Positions 27,132 to 39,695 of a stretch of 64,000 bases of DNA are shown here, piece by piece. The notes below the pieces were generated by a model that saw only the letters and a program-made list of their open reading frames with translations, searched no databases and was not told the origin of the DNA. Each line of letters opens with the position of its first letter. Position 1 is the stretch's first letter. The stretch comes from Eledone cirrhosa (lineage: Eukaryota): assembly GCA_964016885.1 (NCBI GenBank), contig OZ024762.1, positions 3,782,001 through 3,846,000 on the forward strand, read 5' to 3'. A program made the translations under genes and the position numbers.

Positions 27132-27401
27132 TTAACCCTTTAGCATTTAAACCGACTGTATCTGCCGAGAATTCTCTCACCTCTTTCTGTTCAAACTGGC
27201 TGTGATTGGCTACTCATACTGATGTTAAAGTATTGTTCTCAAAATAAATAATATCAAAATCTCATAGATTCTGTGAGATAAACCTTTACCATGAAAATAC
27301 AATAGTAAATATAGAGTAATGTAAATATTATGTAAGATAAAGCCTTTACCACAAAAATACAATAGTATATATATAGAGTAATGTAAATGGTAAAGGGTTA
27401 A
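27132..27401. mobile_element. About 270-bp TTAA-flanked MITE (piggyBac-like). Other copies at 1-58, 1230-1367, 8076-8270, 10604-10816, 29170-29310 and 38706-39300.
   Basis: TTAA CCCTTTAGCATTT ... AAATGGTAAAGGG TTAA: terminal inverted repeats starting CCC with a TTAA duplication. Confidence 0.8.
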
Positions 27402-27520
27402 ATCTTATAGTTTATGCTCTGTTCCTGTATAGATATTAGAACATTTTCGATGGATCATAAGAGTTTATGTGACAGAGAGATAAAAAAGCTAAGTGGTCAT
27501 GTTGGTGACAGGACAAAATA

Positions 27521-29030
27521 GTGCCCAGTCCACCCTGTAAAGTAGTCATGCTGGTGCTACAACAAAAAGCACCCAGTCCACCCTGTAAAGTAGTCATGCT
27601 GGTGCTACAACAAAAAGCACCCAGTCCACCCTGTAAAGTAGTCATGCTGGTGCTACAACAAAAAGCACCCAGTCCACCCTGTAAAGTAGTCATGCTGGTG
27701 CTACAACAAAAAGCACCCAGTCCACACTGTAAAGTAGTCATGCTGGTGCTACAACAAAAAGCACCCAGTCCACCCTGTAAAGTAGTCATGCTGGTGCTAC
27801 AACAAAAAGCACCCAGTCCACCCTGTAAAGTAGTCATGCTGGTGCTACAACAAAAAGCACCCAGTCCACACTGTAAAGTAGTCATGCTGGTGCTACAACA
27901 AAAAGCACCCAGTCCACCCTGTAAAGTAGTCATGCTGGTGCTACAACAAAAAGCACCCAGTCCACCCTGTAAAGTAGTCATGCTGGTGCTACAACAAAAA
28001 GCACCCAGTCCACCTTGTAAAGTAGTCATGCTGGTGCTACAACAAAAAGCACCCAGTCCACCCTGTAAAGTAGTCATGCTGGTGCTACAACAAAAAGCAC
28101 CCAGTCCACCCTGTAAAGTAGTCATGCTGGTGCTACAACAAAAAGCACCCAGTCCACCCTGTAAAGTAGTCATGCTGGTGCTACAACAAAAAGCACCCAG
28201 TCCACCCTGTAAAGTAGTCATGCTGGTGCTACAACAAAAAGCACCCAGTCCACACTGTAAAGTAGTCATGCTGGTGCTACAACAAAAAGCACCCAGTCCA
28301 CCCTGTAAAGTAGTCATGCTGGTGCTACAACAAAAAGCACCCAGTCCACCCTGTAAAGTAGTCATGCTGGTGCTACAACAAAAAGCACCCAGTCCACACT
28401 GTAAAGTAGTCATGCTGGTGCTACAACAAAAAGCACCCAGTCCACCCTGTAAAGTAGTCATGCTGGTGCTACAACAAAAAGCACCCAGTCCACCCTGTAA
28501 AGTAGTCATGCTGGTGCTACAACAAAAAGCACCCAGTCCACCTTGTAAAGTAGTCATGCTGGTGCTACAACAAAAAGCACCCAGTCCACCCTGTAAAGTA
28601 GTCATGCTGGTGCTACAACAAAAAGCACCCAGTCCACCCTGTAAAGTAGTCATGCTGGTGCTACAACAAAAAGCACCCAGTCCACCCTGTAAAGTAGTCA
28701 TGCTGGTGCTACAACAAAAAGCACCCAGTCCACACTGTAAAGTAGTCATGCTGGTGCTACAACAAAAAGCACCCAGTCCACCCTGTAAAGTAGTCATGCT
28801 GGTGCTACAACAAAAAGCACCCAGTCCACCCTGTAAAGTAGTCATGCTGGTGCTACAACAAAAAGCACCCAGTCCACCCTGTAAAGTAGTCATGCTGGTG
28901 CTACAACAAAAAGCACCCAGTCCACCCTGTAAAGTAGTCATGCTGGTGCTACAACAAAAAGCACCCAGTCCACCCTGTAAAGTAGTCATGCTGGTGCTAC
29001 AACAAAAAGCACCCAGTCCACCCTGTAAAT
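27521..29030. repeat. 48-bp minisatellite, about 31 near-identical copies
   Basis: gcacccagtccaccctgtaaagtagtcatgctggtgctacaacaaaaa; runs directly into an RTE-tailed SINE body. Confidence 0.95.
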
Positions 29031-30089
29031 GTGGTTGGCATTAGGAAGGACATCCAGCCATAGAAACCAAGACAGAATCAGTTCTGTATGAGTAAGATAT
29101 GATCATCTGGTCTGGCTTGTCTAACAACTGGACAACTTATCTCAGCCATGCTAACAATGAAAAGGGATATTAACCTTTTAGCATTTAAACCGGTCAGAAT
29201 TCTCTCAGCTCTTTCTGTTCAAACTGCCGTAACTAGCCACTCATACTGATATTGAGGTATTGTTCTCAAAATAAATAACATCAAAATCTTATAGATTTCA
29301 TATTATGTAAGATAACTAACTAATAATGATTTCTAGTATAACTAACTAATAATTGTTTCTACTTTAGGCACAAGGCCAGCAATTACCCAGTGCATTACTG
29401 GTACTTTATTTTATCGACCCCGTAAGGATGAAAGGCAAAGTCAACCTCGGCGGGATTTGAACTCAGATAGTAAAGGGACGTAACTATGCTGGAAAGCATG
29501 GCGTCCGACTCTCTACCGATACTGGCAATCCACCTATAAGTATAACTAACTAATAATGATTTCTAGTATAACTAACTAATAATGATTTCTAGTATAGACA
29601 CAAGGCCAGTAATTTAGGGGGAGGGGAAAGTCGATTAAATCGACCCCAGTACGTTACTGGTACTTTATTAACCCCATAAGGATGAAAGGCAAAGTTAACC
29701 TCGGTGGGATTTGAACTCAGACCGTAACTCCATGCTGCAAAGCATGGCCTCTGACGCTCTACCGATACTGCCAATCCACCGCACTATTAATAACTAATAA
29801 TAAAGCTGCTACTACTACTACCACCAAATAATGTGTGTTTTATTGGCAATATGACTGTCGCCAAATATAACAATATCTGTTTCAACACCCGATTTTATGT
29901 CAAGGATTTTGCAAAACAAATATATAAACAGGATCAAATAACCTACGAATCCACTTTACAGTGTGGGATGGGTCTACACAACCACTTTAGAGTGTGGACT
30001 GGGTGCTTTTTATTGTGACACCTACACAACCACTTTACAGTGTGGGCTGGGTGCTTTTTTTGTCACATGTATGTATGTACGTTTTCTCT

Positions 30090-30920
30090 TTCTCTTAATT
30101 TCGAGTATATTTTTTTGACCGGCCACCTTCCTGGTGGCAAGGTTGTAAAAGAAAGAAATTGTCATCCCTTGAATCGCAAGAATGTTTTGCAAATTTTGAA
30201 AGTGCCAGCTATCGCAGGCATTTGCAGACTATGAATTAGGGAGCTGCGCTTTTTGTCCGCAAATCCAAGTTCAGTCATACTTTGGTCCAAGCGGGTTGGT
30301 ATATAACTCGTAGCACCAATAATTGTTTCTACTTTTGGCACAAGGCCAGCAATTACCCAGTACATTACTGGTACTTTATTTTATCGACCCCGTAAGGATG
30401 AAAGGCAAAGTTAACCTCGAGCACCAATAATGATGGGTATGAAGCTAAAGGTGTATCTTGGATACTGGATTTGTAAATTCCTCATCAATGGTCCCTAGAT
30501 GTCCTCCTTCTCCTGTATTTTTCTGACAACGTTTACATCAAGTGGGCAGCTGATCTCCACAACAGAACACGTTTTCAATGTGTGGTCCCAAACTACAACA
30601 TCAGGCCGGTTGTGCTTTAATTTGGTGGCAGTTTTTATTTTCAGGTTCCACCAGTATTCCTTAGTGCCATCTGTCTCAATATATTCTTCCTCGTTTGTTG
30701 TTAATTTTGTTTTCCGAAGTGCGTTCCAGATGGTTCTAGCTATCCCATCGTGTCTCATGGGGAGGTAGTAGCGAGATGACATTCTTTCGCAGCTGGCAAC
30801 AATGTGGCTTACATCCTCGATCTTTGTTTTACATAGCCTACATTTATTGTCAGCTGCTGGCCCTCCTCTTTTGTGCAGCAGATATTTGGTAGGGAGTTCT
30901 TGTTCCTGTATTGCATAGAG
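30090..30920 (-). mobile_element. R4/Dong-like non-LTR retrotransposon 3' fragment (CCHC finger and restriction-like endonuclease)
   Basis: CRLCKTKIEDVSHIVASC, RHD, HNRPDVVVWD, VEISCP; interrupted by a SINE at 30324-30419. Confidence 0.8.
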
Positions 30921-31297
30921 ATATGTATGTATGTATGTATGTATGTATGCATGTATGTATGTGTGAATGTATATATATTTGTATTTATGTATTAATGTAT
31001 ATATATTTGTATTTATGTATTAATGTATGTATATATTTGTATGTATGAATGTATTTTTATATGTATGTATGTGTGAATGTATATATATTTGATGAATGTA
31101 TATATATATATATATATTTGTATGTATCAATGTATATATATTTATATGTATGTATGAATGTATGTGTACTTATATGTAAGTATATTTACATATATATGTA
31201 TATTTAAATATAATGTAGTTTTCTAAATGATGTATTTAAAAAATGTTTAATGTTTAATTTTTTAAAATAAATTTTCATATTCAATATCTGTTACCAG

Positions 31298-31503
31298 GGG
31301 AACCAGAGTTCAAATATGTGGCGAATATGCACGGAAACGAAGTGGTTGGCAGGGAGATGTTGCTCCAGCTTGCCGTTTACTTGTGCAAACAATACAAACT
31401 AGGAAACGAAACCATCCAGTGGCTTGTTAACCATACTCGCATACATCTGATGCCCTCCATGAACCCAGATGGCTGGGAACTGGCCAACAAGCATTTGAAA
31501 ACT
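31298..31503 (+). CDS. CPE: CPE-like exon 2 (zinc-binding HxxE)
   Basis: [23 protein letters not shown]...[15 protein letters not shown]; canonical borders. Confidence 0.92.
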
Positions 31504-31759
31504 GTAAGTTAGCTGCTGCTGCTTCTTCTTCTTCTTTTTGTTGTTGTTGTTGTTCTTCTTCTTCTCCTCCTCCTCCTCCTTCTTCTTCTTCTTCTTCCTG
31601 AGACAGTCGTGGAGGCAGAGTCCTCAAACACTCCCTCCAGCGGGTCCTGTCAGAAGCAACCATCTCCAACTGATCTGGCTGTATCGCCAACTGTGACCAA
31701 CCAAGCTCATGGATGTTATCCAACCTGGGTCTCTTACCTGTTGTGGAGTGCTGCATGGC

Positions 31760-32190
31760 TGGAATCAGTGCTACAAAAGCTGAGACAGTCGTTCTCTCAT
31801 GGAAGCCTGCGCAGTGCACTCTACAAATGAATGGAGTTCCACTGAAGCAGGTAGAGAAGTTCATGTACCTCGGGGTCGTGTTCACAAGTGATGGAAGGCA
31901 GGAGGCTGAATTAAGTGCAGGAATTGCAGGAGTTGGTGCAATAATGTACCAGCTTCAGTGGTCGGTAATCGGAAGAAAGAAGGTAGGCGTAAAAGCCAAA
32001 CTTGCTATCTTCAATTTGGTTTTCGTGCCAACCCTTACCTATGGTCATGAATTTTGGGTAATGACCAAAAAAATACAATCGCAAATACAAGCGGCCGAAA
32101 TGGGGTTCCTCCGAAAGAGTCTTTGGAGTAACATTACTGAATAAAGTGCGTAGCTTGAAGATCAGAGAGTCACTCCAGGTAGAGCCGCTG
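31760..32190 (+). mobile_element. Second RTE-like LINE family, RT C-terminal fragment
   Basis: ISATKAETVV...LKQVEKFMYLGVVFTSDG...LTYGHEFWVMTKK...QAAEMGFLR. Confidence 0.75.
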
Positions 32191-32311
32191 TAAGTTAGCA
32201 TTTGTCACAATCATTATATTTTGACCATTGTCCATTGAACACCGTTCAGTTTGGCAGAGTTGGTTAGAATGCCATTTCGGTATTTGTTCCTGCATTTTAC
32301 ATCCAAATCGT

Positions 32312-32765
32312 TCTGAGCTCAACTTTCCCCTTTTATCCTTCTAAGCTCAACTTTCTCCTTTTATCCTTTTGAGCTCAACTTTCTCCTTTTATCCTTCTGA
32401 GCTCAACTTTCTCCTTTTATCCTTTTGAGCTCAACTTTCTCCTTTTATCCTTCTGAGCTCAACTTTCTCCTTTTATCCTTTTGAGCTCAACTTTCTCCTT
32501 TTATCCTTTTGAGCTCAACTTTCTCCTTTTATCCTTCTGAGCTCAACTTTCCCCTTTTATCCTTTTGAGCTCAACTTTCTCCTTTTATCCTTTTGAGCTC
32601 AACTTTCTCCTTTTATCCTTTTGAGCTCAACTTTCTCCTTTTATCCTTTTGAGCTCAACTTTCTCCTTTTATCCTTTTGAGCTCAACTTTCTCCTCTTAT
32701 CCTTCTGAGCTCAACTTTCTCCTTTTATCCTTCTAAGCTCAACTTTCCCCTTTTATCCTTCTGAA
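32312..32765. repeat. 28-bp tandem array, about 16 copies, inside a SINE
   Basis: gagctcaactttctccttttatcctttt corresponds to SINE core gaggtcaactttgcctttcatcctt. Confidence 0.9.
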
Positions 32766-33258
32766 GTCAATAAAATAAAGTACCAGTGAACTACTCCTTC
32801 CCATGTACCAAATGTAGAAACAATTATTTCATCTATCAGCAGGATATCATATCAACCTAGAATGAGATATAAATGTTAACCTATCTTGTATCAACAACAG
32901 CTGTCTGTTCTCTCCACTCTTTTATTTAAAACAGCTTTTAAAGGATTATCATCACCATCACCACCATCACCATCATCATCATCATCATCATCGTTACACA
33001 TGTTACATATATATGTGTGTGTATGTATGCAGATAGAGCTGGTTAAAAATGATTGTGTCTACCAGGGCCAGACTTCTACCTCCAGAGGCCCTAAGCTATA
33101 TGAAATTTGAGGCCCTTCTCTAAAATCTTTTGGCTAAAAATTTAAAATAATTTATCATCATAGTTTAACATCCATCTTCCACGCTAGCATGGGTTATATG
33201 ATTATTATTTTTTTATATCAATGTTAATGATAAAAAATAAGTATAATATATATATATA

Positions 33259-33900
33259 TATTTATTAAAATAACAGATTAAAGTTTAAGCAAAGAATCGG
33301 TGCTTTCACCCTTAACGGGATCTTCTGAAACTAAAAAAAATCAATCTGTGAACGCAGAAGTAAATATTTCGAAAAAACGTTGCAACCGAAGGAAGACAAG
33401 AAGACGATACTTTGGTTTGTGGAGACGTTCCCTGGCAATGAACGGAAGAAAAAAAGCAAAGATAATACGTCATTATTTGGATTGGTGAGAACAATTACAC
33501 GCAAAGACAAAACCACGTTTATGGTATAAATGAAGTCGTAGACTAATATACTATTATCTTCGCTTTTTTTCCGTTCATTGCCAGGGAACGTCTCCACGAA
33601 CCACCTAAATAGTATATTAGTCTACGACTTCATTTATACCATAAACATGGTTTTGTCTTTGCGTGTAATTGTTCTCACCGCTCCAAATAATGACGTATTA
33701 TCTTTGCTTTTTTTCCGTTCATTGCCAGGGAACGTCTTCATGAACCAAAGTATCGTCTTCTTGTCTTCCTTCGGTTGCAACGTTTTTCGAAATATTTACT
33801 TCTGCGTTCACAAATTGATTTCTTTTAGTTTCAGAAGATCCCGTTAAGGGTGAAAGCAGCAATTCTTTGCTTAAACTTTAATCTGTTATTTTAATAAATA
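33259..33900. repeat. About 295-bp inverted repeat with a 52-bp spacer
   Basis: 33259-33555 is the reverse complement of 33608-33900 with scattered mismatches. Confidence 0.92.
33827..33877 (+). ncRNA. Hammerhead-like motif with variant core CAGAAGA (mirror copy at 33282-33332, minus strand)
   Basis: agttt CAGAAGA t-ccc-gttaa-ggg-t GAAA gca-(9 nt)-tgc TT aaact. Confidence 0.5.
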
Positions 33901-34844
33901 TTTGCTCTAGGGTTCTTATATATTTGATATATATTTATCCTTATCGAGCCCTCTTTGGATTTTAGTCTTCAAATTTATTATTACTATATATATATATATA
34001 TATATATATATCATCGTCATTTAATGTCTATTTTCATTGCTAGCATGGGTTAGACAGGTTTGTCCCATTCGAGGCAAGTTGGGTTGGATGATCATGTCTT
34101 GCTCATATAGGATTGTTTCTGGCTAGATTTCAATGGCTCGATTCCTTCCTAAAGCCAGCCACATTTACAGTGAGTGCTGGGTGCTTTTCGCCGTGGCACC
34201 TACACAACCATTTTACAGTGTAGTCTGGGTGCTTTTTGTTGTGACACCTACACGACCACTTTACAGTGTGGGCTGGGTGCTTTTAGCCATGTCTCCTACA
34301 CGACCACTTTACAGTGTGATATATATATAATTGTTTATGATTTAGTGTTAAAGAATAAAAACTAATGATAAGATAAAATTATATTTCAAAAAAGGACCCC
34401 CTGCCTCTCAAGGATGTGTGACCCTAAGCTATAGCTTATTCAGCTTATAGATAAGTCCAGCACTGGTTAGCCATTTATATATGTGAACCAACATATGTAA
34501 ACAAACACACAAATTTACATATTTGTATTTTTTATCCAGTTCTATCTACACCCACACACCCACAAACACACACGCACACACATGTGTGTGTGTGGATGTG
34601 TGTGTGGATGTGTATGTGTGGATGTGTGTGAGTTTGTTTAAATATGTTTGATCACATATATACGTGGATACAATCCACAAAATAATTATCTCTACAAAAG
34701 TAAATACAAACTTGAAACAACTGAGTATATTTGGAATGTCATACTATAGGTGTGCACTTAGAATTAGTTGGACAGCTCACAGAACAAATGAATCTGTCCT
34801 GAAGATGTATGTATGTATGTACGTACGCACGCACGCACACATGT

Positions 34845-35580
34845 TAATTTCAAGTTTATTTTTGACTGGCCAACTTCCCGGTGGCAAGGTTGTAAAGAAA
34901 ACGAAATTGTCGTCGTTCCTTGTGTAAGTGTTCATGTGTTCATCCTTTGAATCGTAAGAATGTTTTACAGATTCCGAAGGTTCCAGATATCACAGCTATT
35001 TGTAGTCCATGAATTAAGGAGCTCTGTTCTTTTCCCCAAATCCAAATTCAGTCTTCCTTTGGTCCAGGCAGGTTGCTCCATGTATTATTGACGGAAGTGA
35101 GTATGAGTACTCAATACTGAAGTTGAGTTTAAATATTAATTTACTATGGCTAAGTGGTGATCCTTATTACTCTGGAGTAACAAGGCTCACCACTTCGCCA
35201 TAATATGTAAATATAACCTGTGGCTCCAATAAAAACAGGTATGAATCTGAACATGTATCTTGGATGCTAGATCTACAAATCCCCATCAATCGTCCATAGA
35301 TATCCTCCTTCTCTTGTATTTTTCTTACCACATTGACATCAAGTGGGTAGCTGACTTCTACAACAGAGCAGGTTCTTCATGTGGGGTCCCAAACAACAAT
35401 ATCAGGCTGGCTGTGTTTTAATTTGGTGGCAGTTTTTTTTTATGTTCCACCAATATTCTTTTGAGTCGCCATTCTCAACATATTTCTCCATATTTGTTAT
35501 TTTCATCTTCAGTAGAGTATTCCACATTATCCTGGTTACCATGTCATGCCTCATGGGGAGGTAGTAATGAGAAGACATTA
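34845..35580 (-). mobile_element. Second, more degenerate copy of the same R4/Dong-like element
   Basis: YYLPMRHD...EYWWNIK; 3' UTR nearly identical to 30100-30290. Confidence 0.75.
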
Positions 35581-36122
35581 ACACCACAGAACACCATGAT
35601 AAGCACCAGACTAAAGTCTGTCTCAAGCCAGGAGGTTCATCACCCCAGTGTTTATCTCAGTTTCTATGGCATGAAGCAACTGAGAGTACAAGACACTCCT
35701 GCCCCTGGACAGGACACCAGTCCATCACAGGGTTAAACCCCCAGCTATTGCTGGTACTCATTTTCAGCTGAGTAGACGGGAGCAATGTGAAATGAAGTGT
35801 TTTGCTCAAGAACACAACACACAGTCCAGTCCAGGAATCAAACCCACAACATTATGGTTGTATATCCAACACCCTTACCACTAGGCCACATGTCTCCACA
35901 AGTTATAAAGGCAACTATTAATTCTATGTCCAGTTTTATTATCTCAGTTTATTATGTAATCCGATAGAAAGCTATAAAAGATTGGATGGTCATGGTAGTA
36001 ATGGATAAGAGGACTAATATAGACAGTCACAGATGGGGAAGATTATTTACAACTAATATATTACTGGAAACCTCACACTTAACCCTTTAGCATTTACATT
36101 ACCCCCCCCCCCCTCTCTTTGC

Positions 36123-36264
<142 letters not shown>

Positions 36265-36768
36265 ATAAACGTGCTGCGTGGTTGCAAATGGGTTACATAT
36301 GAATAAAGTGGTCCTTCATCAGTGATCTTCCAACCATCACAGGTATTTCTTAAAGCGAAGAAATACCTGTGATGGTTGGAAGATCACTGATGAAGGACCA
36401 TTTTATTCATTTATATATATATATATAAATTCGGGGACCGACCTCGATGGCTGAGCTCCGGCTGTTTCAACAGCTAGATCTGAATATAAATATATATATA
36501 TATATATATATTTATAAGTATTGAAGTTTCCCTTGAAAATTGAAAAAGTCAGAGGAATGAAGAGTGCTCTATGTAAGTTACAGAGCTAAAATTTTTTCCT
36601 TTGACTTTTTCAATTTTCAACGGAAACTTCAATACTTATACAACTCCCAAGGGAATGACTGTAGCATATTCTACATTTATATGAGATTGGCACCTTCCAG
36701 CCCTTTAAAGTCGAGCACTCTTCAATTAATAGGAATTTTAACCAATACCTAACATTGATCGACATTAT

Positions 36769-37032
36769 TTGGATTACTCCATCAAGAATATACCAACACC
36801 TTCTAACACTTCCTACACTAAAATATTGATCGACAAAATAGAAAAAGTTGTAAAAAGAATGAGATGGAAAGCTTTTATTTTCGATGGACACTTTATCATG
36901 GACTCTACAGAATACTTTGATATCAAGTCTCATAAATACCCACAAAGGGTAAAAGACATGACCGCTTTTGAACTAGACTTAGTTAATTTAATTAACCAAA
37001 TCAAATTCCGTAAGTACTTTAACATGAGCTGA
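36769..37032 (+). mobile_element. Penelope-like element N-terminal coding remnant
   Basis: YSIKNIPTPS...LIDKIEKVVKRMRWKAF resembles the N-terminal region of invertebrate PLE ORFs; adjacent to fold-back termini at 36299-36480. Confidence 0.55.
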
Positions 37033-37367
37033 TGAGTGTATTTAAATGTTTGTGTGAACTTCTCTCATCCATTTTCTTCATTTTCTCCTTTCTTCTTATC
37101 ACTTCTGCAGGTCAACACACTTTTAGCTGCTGATTTCTATCCTTTGAGGTAAATTTTACCCGACACTGTCATTTACAGCATTTTGCTGTTTTAACAGCTT
37201 CCTTGCGTTGAGTTCTTCCCATTATTGTATGAATATATATGTGTGTCTATGTGTGTATGTGTGTGTGCATATCTCCCCTTTTCATGTCCCTTTCATCTCT
37301 TTGTCTCTATCTATATCTCTATCCCCCTCTCTCCTCTCTATCTCTATCTATATATATATTTCCACAG

Positions 37368-37526
37368 ACTGGAAAAGAAAACTGGCTCATTGGTCGTGCC
37401 AACACCAACAAAGTTGATTTAAATCGGAACTTTCCCGACCTCAACAACATTGTCTATGAGAATGAACAGACCCATGGAGCAAACAACCACCTGGAAAAGC
37501 TGGGCTATGCCTTGATAACCCCAGAT
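37368..37526 (+). CDS. CPE: CPE-like exon 3
   Basis: [20 protein letters not shown] (substrate-binding Arg/Asn-Arg) and NNHL motif. Confidence 0.92.
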
Positions 37527-37649
37527 GTAAGTAACTTTATCATCTTTCTCATGTAATTCTCTACCTGTCGACAAACATGGTGAATTGGCTGAGTCATTGG
37601 AACACCAGATAGAATACTTCACTACTTTTCTTCTGGCTCTCCCTGTGGA

Positions 37650-37925
37650 GGTGAGTGGCCTAGTGGTAAGGGTGTTGGACTTACGATCATAATGTTGTGG
37701 CTTTGATTCCTGGGCTGGGTTGTGTGTTGTGTTCTTGAGCAAACACTTCATTTCACGTTGCTCCAGTATACTCAGCTGAAAATGACTACCAGCAATAGCT
37801 GGAGGTTTAACCCTGCGATGGACTGGTGTCCTGTCCAGGGGACGTCTTGTACTCTCAGTCACTTCACACCACAAAACCGGGATAAGGACCATCCTAACGA
37901 GCCTTCTGGCTTAAGACAGACTTTA
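37650..37925 (+). mobile_element. Second tRNA-derived SINE family (inverted copies at 7840-8055 and 35640-35900)
   Basis: GTGGCCTAGTGGTAAGG A-box, degenerate B-box, core CCCTGCGATGGACTGGTGTCCTGTCCAGGGG (Meta/V-SINE-like). Confidence 0.7.
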
Positions 37926-39695
37926 GACTCCCTCTACTCTGAGTTCAAATCCCAGAATACTTCACTCTATCTGATCTGGCTCTCCCTGTACTCTGAGTTC
38001 AAATCCTAGAATACTTCATGGTTTCTGATTTGACTCTCTACACTCTGAGTTCAAATCCTAGAATGCTTCATCGTATTTCTTCTGGCTCAGAATATAAGCT
38101 GACCTCTATTTTATACAAACTATGTTTATAAACTAAGGCAGCTAATCAAGACTATGTTTTCATGACGTATATAAGCCAACCTCCCATTTTACCATTAATT
38201 TTTTGGTTACATATTCCCCAGCTTATACTCGAATGTACAGAGTGTCCCCCAAAAATGTATACATACTTCAACAGCATTCTAATAACAAACCACCTCCCTA
38301 CTCACCACCATCAGCACAGAGTTGGCTACCCGCAGGTGTGAGTCTCGCGAGCTGGAATGGCTCTTCCAGTGCATCTTCCTCACCATCCTCCAGAGAAACG
38401 CCTTCTTTATTCTGTCTGCAAAGGTCATGGGCGGCCAATGCATGGGCCCCCATTTGCTCACAACACAGAGAGAAGGGGAGAGCAGGAGGCTGTGACAGTT
38501 GGAGTTTGGTCCTTTTGTGTTCAGACCTGGTGTATATATGGGTATATAAGAGAGAATGAGTTTCCCAACTCTCATATACAAACTGATTTAGTAACATGTC
38601 TGAGTATTATAATAATCAGCTTAAGTTACCTCCCCTTGCATACTTTTCTCAGTTATTCTTTCTATAAAATTATATTTAGTGTTATTTTCGGCATGTGAGA
38701 AATGTTTAACCCTTTAGCATTCACATTATTTTAGTATCGGTAGAGGGTCGGACGCCATGCTTTCCAGCATAGTTACGTCCCTTTACGATCTGAGTTCAAA
38801 TCCCGCCGAGGTTGACTTTGCCTTTCATCCTTACGGGGTCGATAAAATAAAGTACCAGTAATGCACTGGGTAATTGCTGGCCTTGTGCCTAAAGTAGAAA
38901 CAATTATTTTATATATACTATGGGCGGTGGATTGGCAGTATCGGTAGAGGGTCGGACGACATGCTTTGACGCATAGAGTTACGGCCCTTGCTATTCTGAG
39001 TTCAAATCCCGCTGAGGTTAACTTTGCCTTTCATCCTTACGAGGTCGATAAAATAAAGTACCAGTAATGTACTGGGTAATTGCTGGCCTTGTGCCAAAAG
39101 TAGAAACAATTATTTTATATATACTATTATATTTTCATGGTAAAGGCTTTACCTCGCATAATTATCTCACATAATATCGAATCTATGAGATTTTGAAAGT
39201 ATTTATTTTGAGAACAATACCTTAACATTAGTTTGAGTGACCAGTTACAGCCAGTTTCAATAGAAAGAGGTAGATAATTCTGGCCGGTTTGAACATTAAA
39301 GATTTAAGAAGTCTCAGATGGGATTATTTTGCATTAACTTCATTGTGGAACATTTTTCAAAATTTGTTTTTCCTTTCTTCTTCGCCCACTTATTCCAGAG
39401 AGGGTCATGAGGGGAAGTGTGCTCAAACGCTCCGTCTAGAAGCAACCGTCTTTAACTAATCCAACTGGATCCCCAAGTGTGACCAACCAAGCCTAAGGCT
39501 GTTATCCAACCATCTTGCTCGGGGTCTACTCCTGGGTCTCTTGCCGTTTGGTTTTGTCCGTAGAATCTGTCCAGTGATTTTTCCTGAGACATTCTAGCCA
39601 CATGATCATAGTATTGAAGCTGTGATCTATTATTTCTTATAATTAAATAAACTGAGTAACAAAGGAAGAAGACCTGCACACTTAATTACACACCA

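Noticed and set aside
27436-29044. 507-aa and 517-aa ORFs on both strands; superficial CRISPR-like periodicity
   Set aside because: 48-bp minisatellite with no unique spacers and no cas genes, in a eukaryotic intron.
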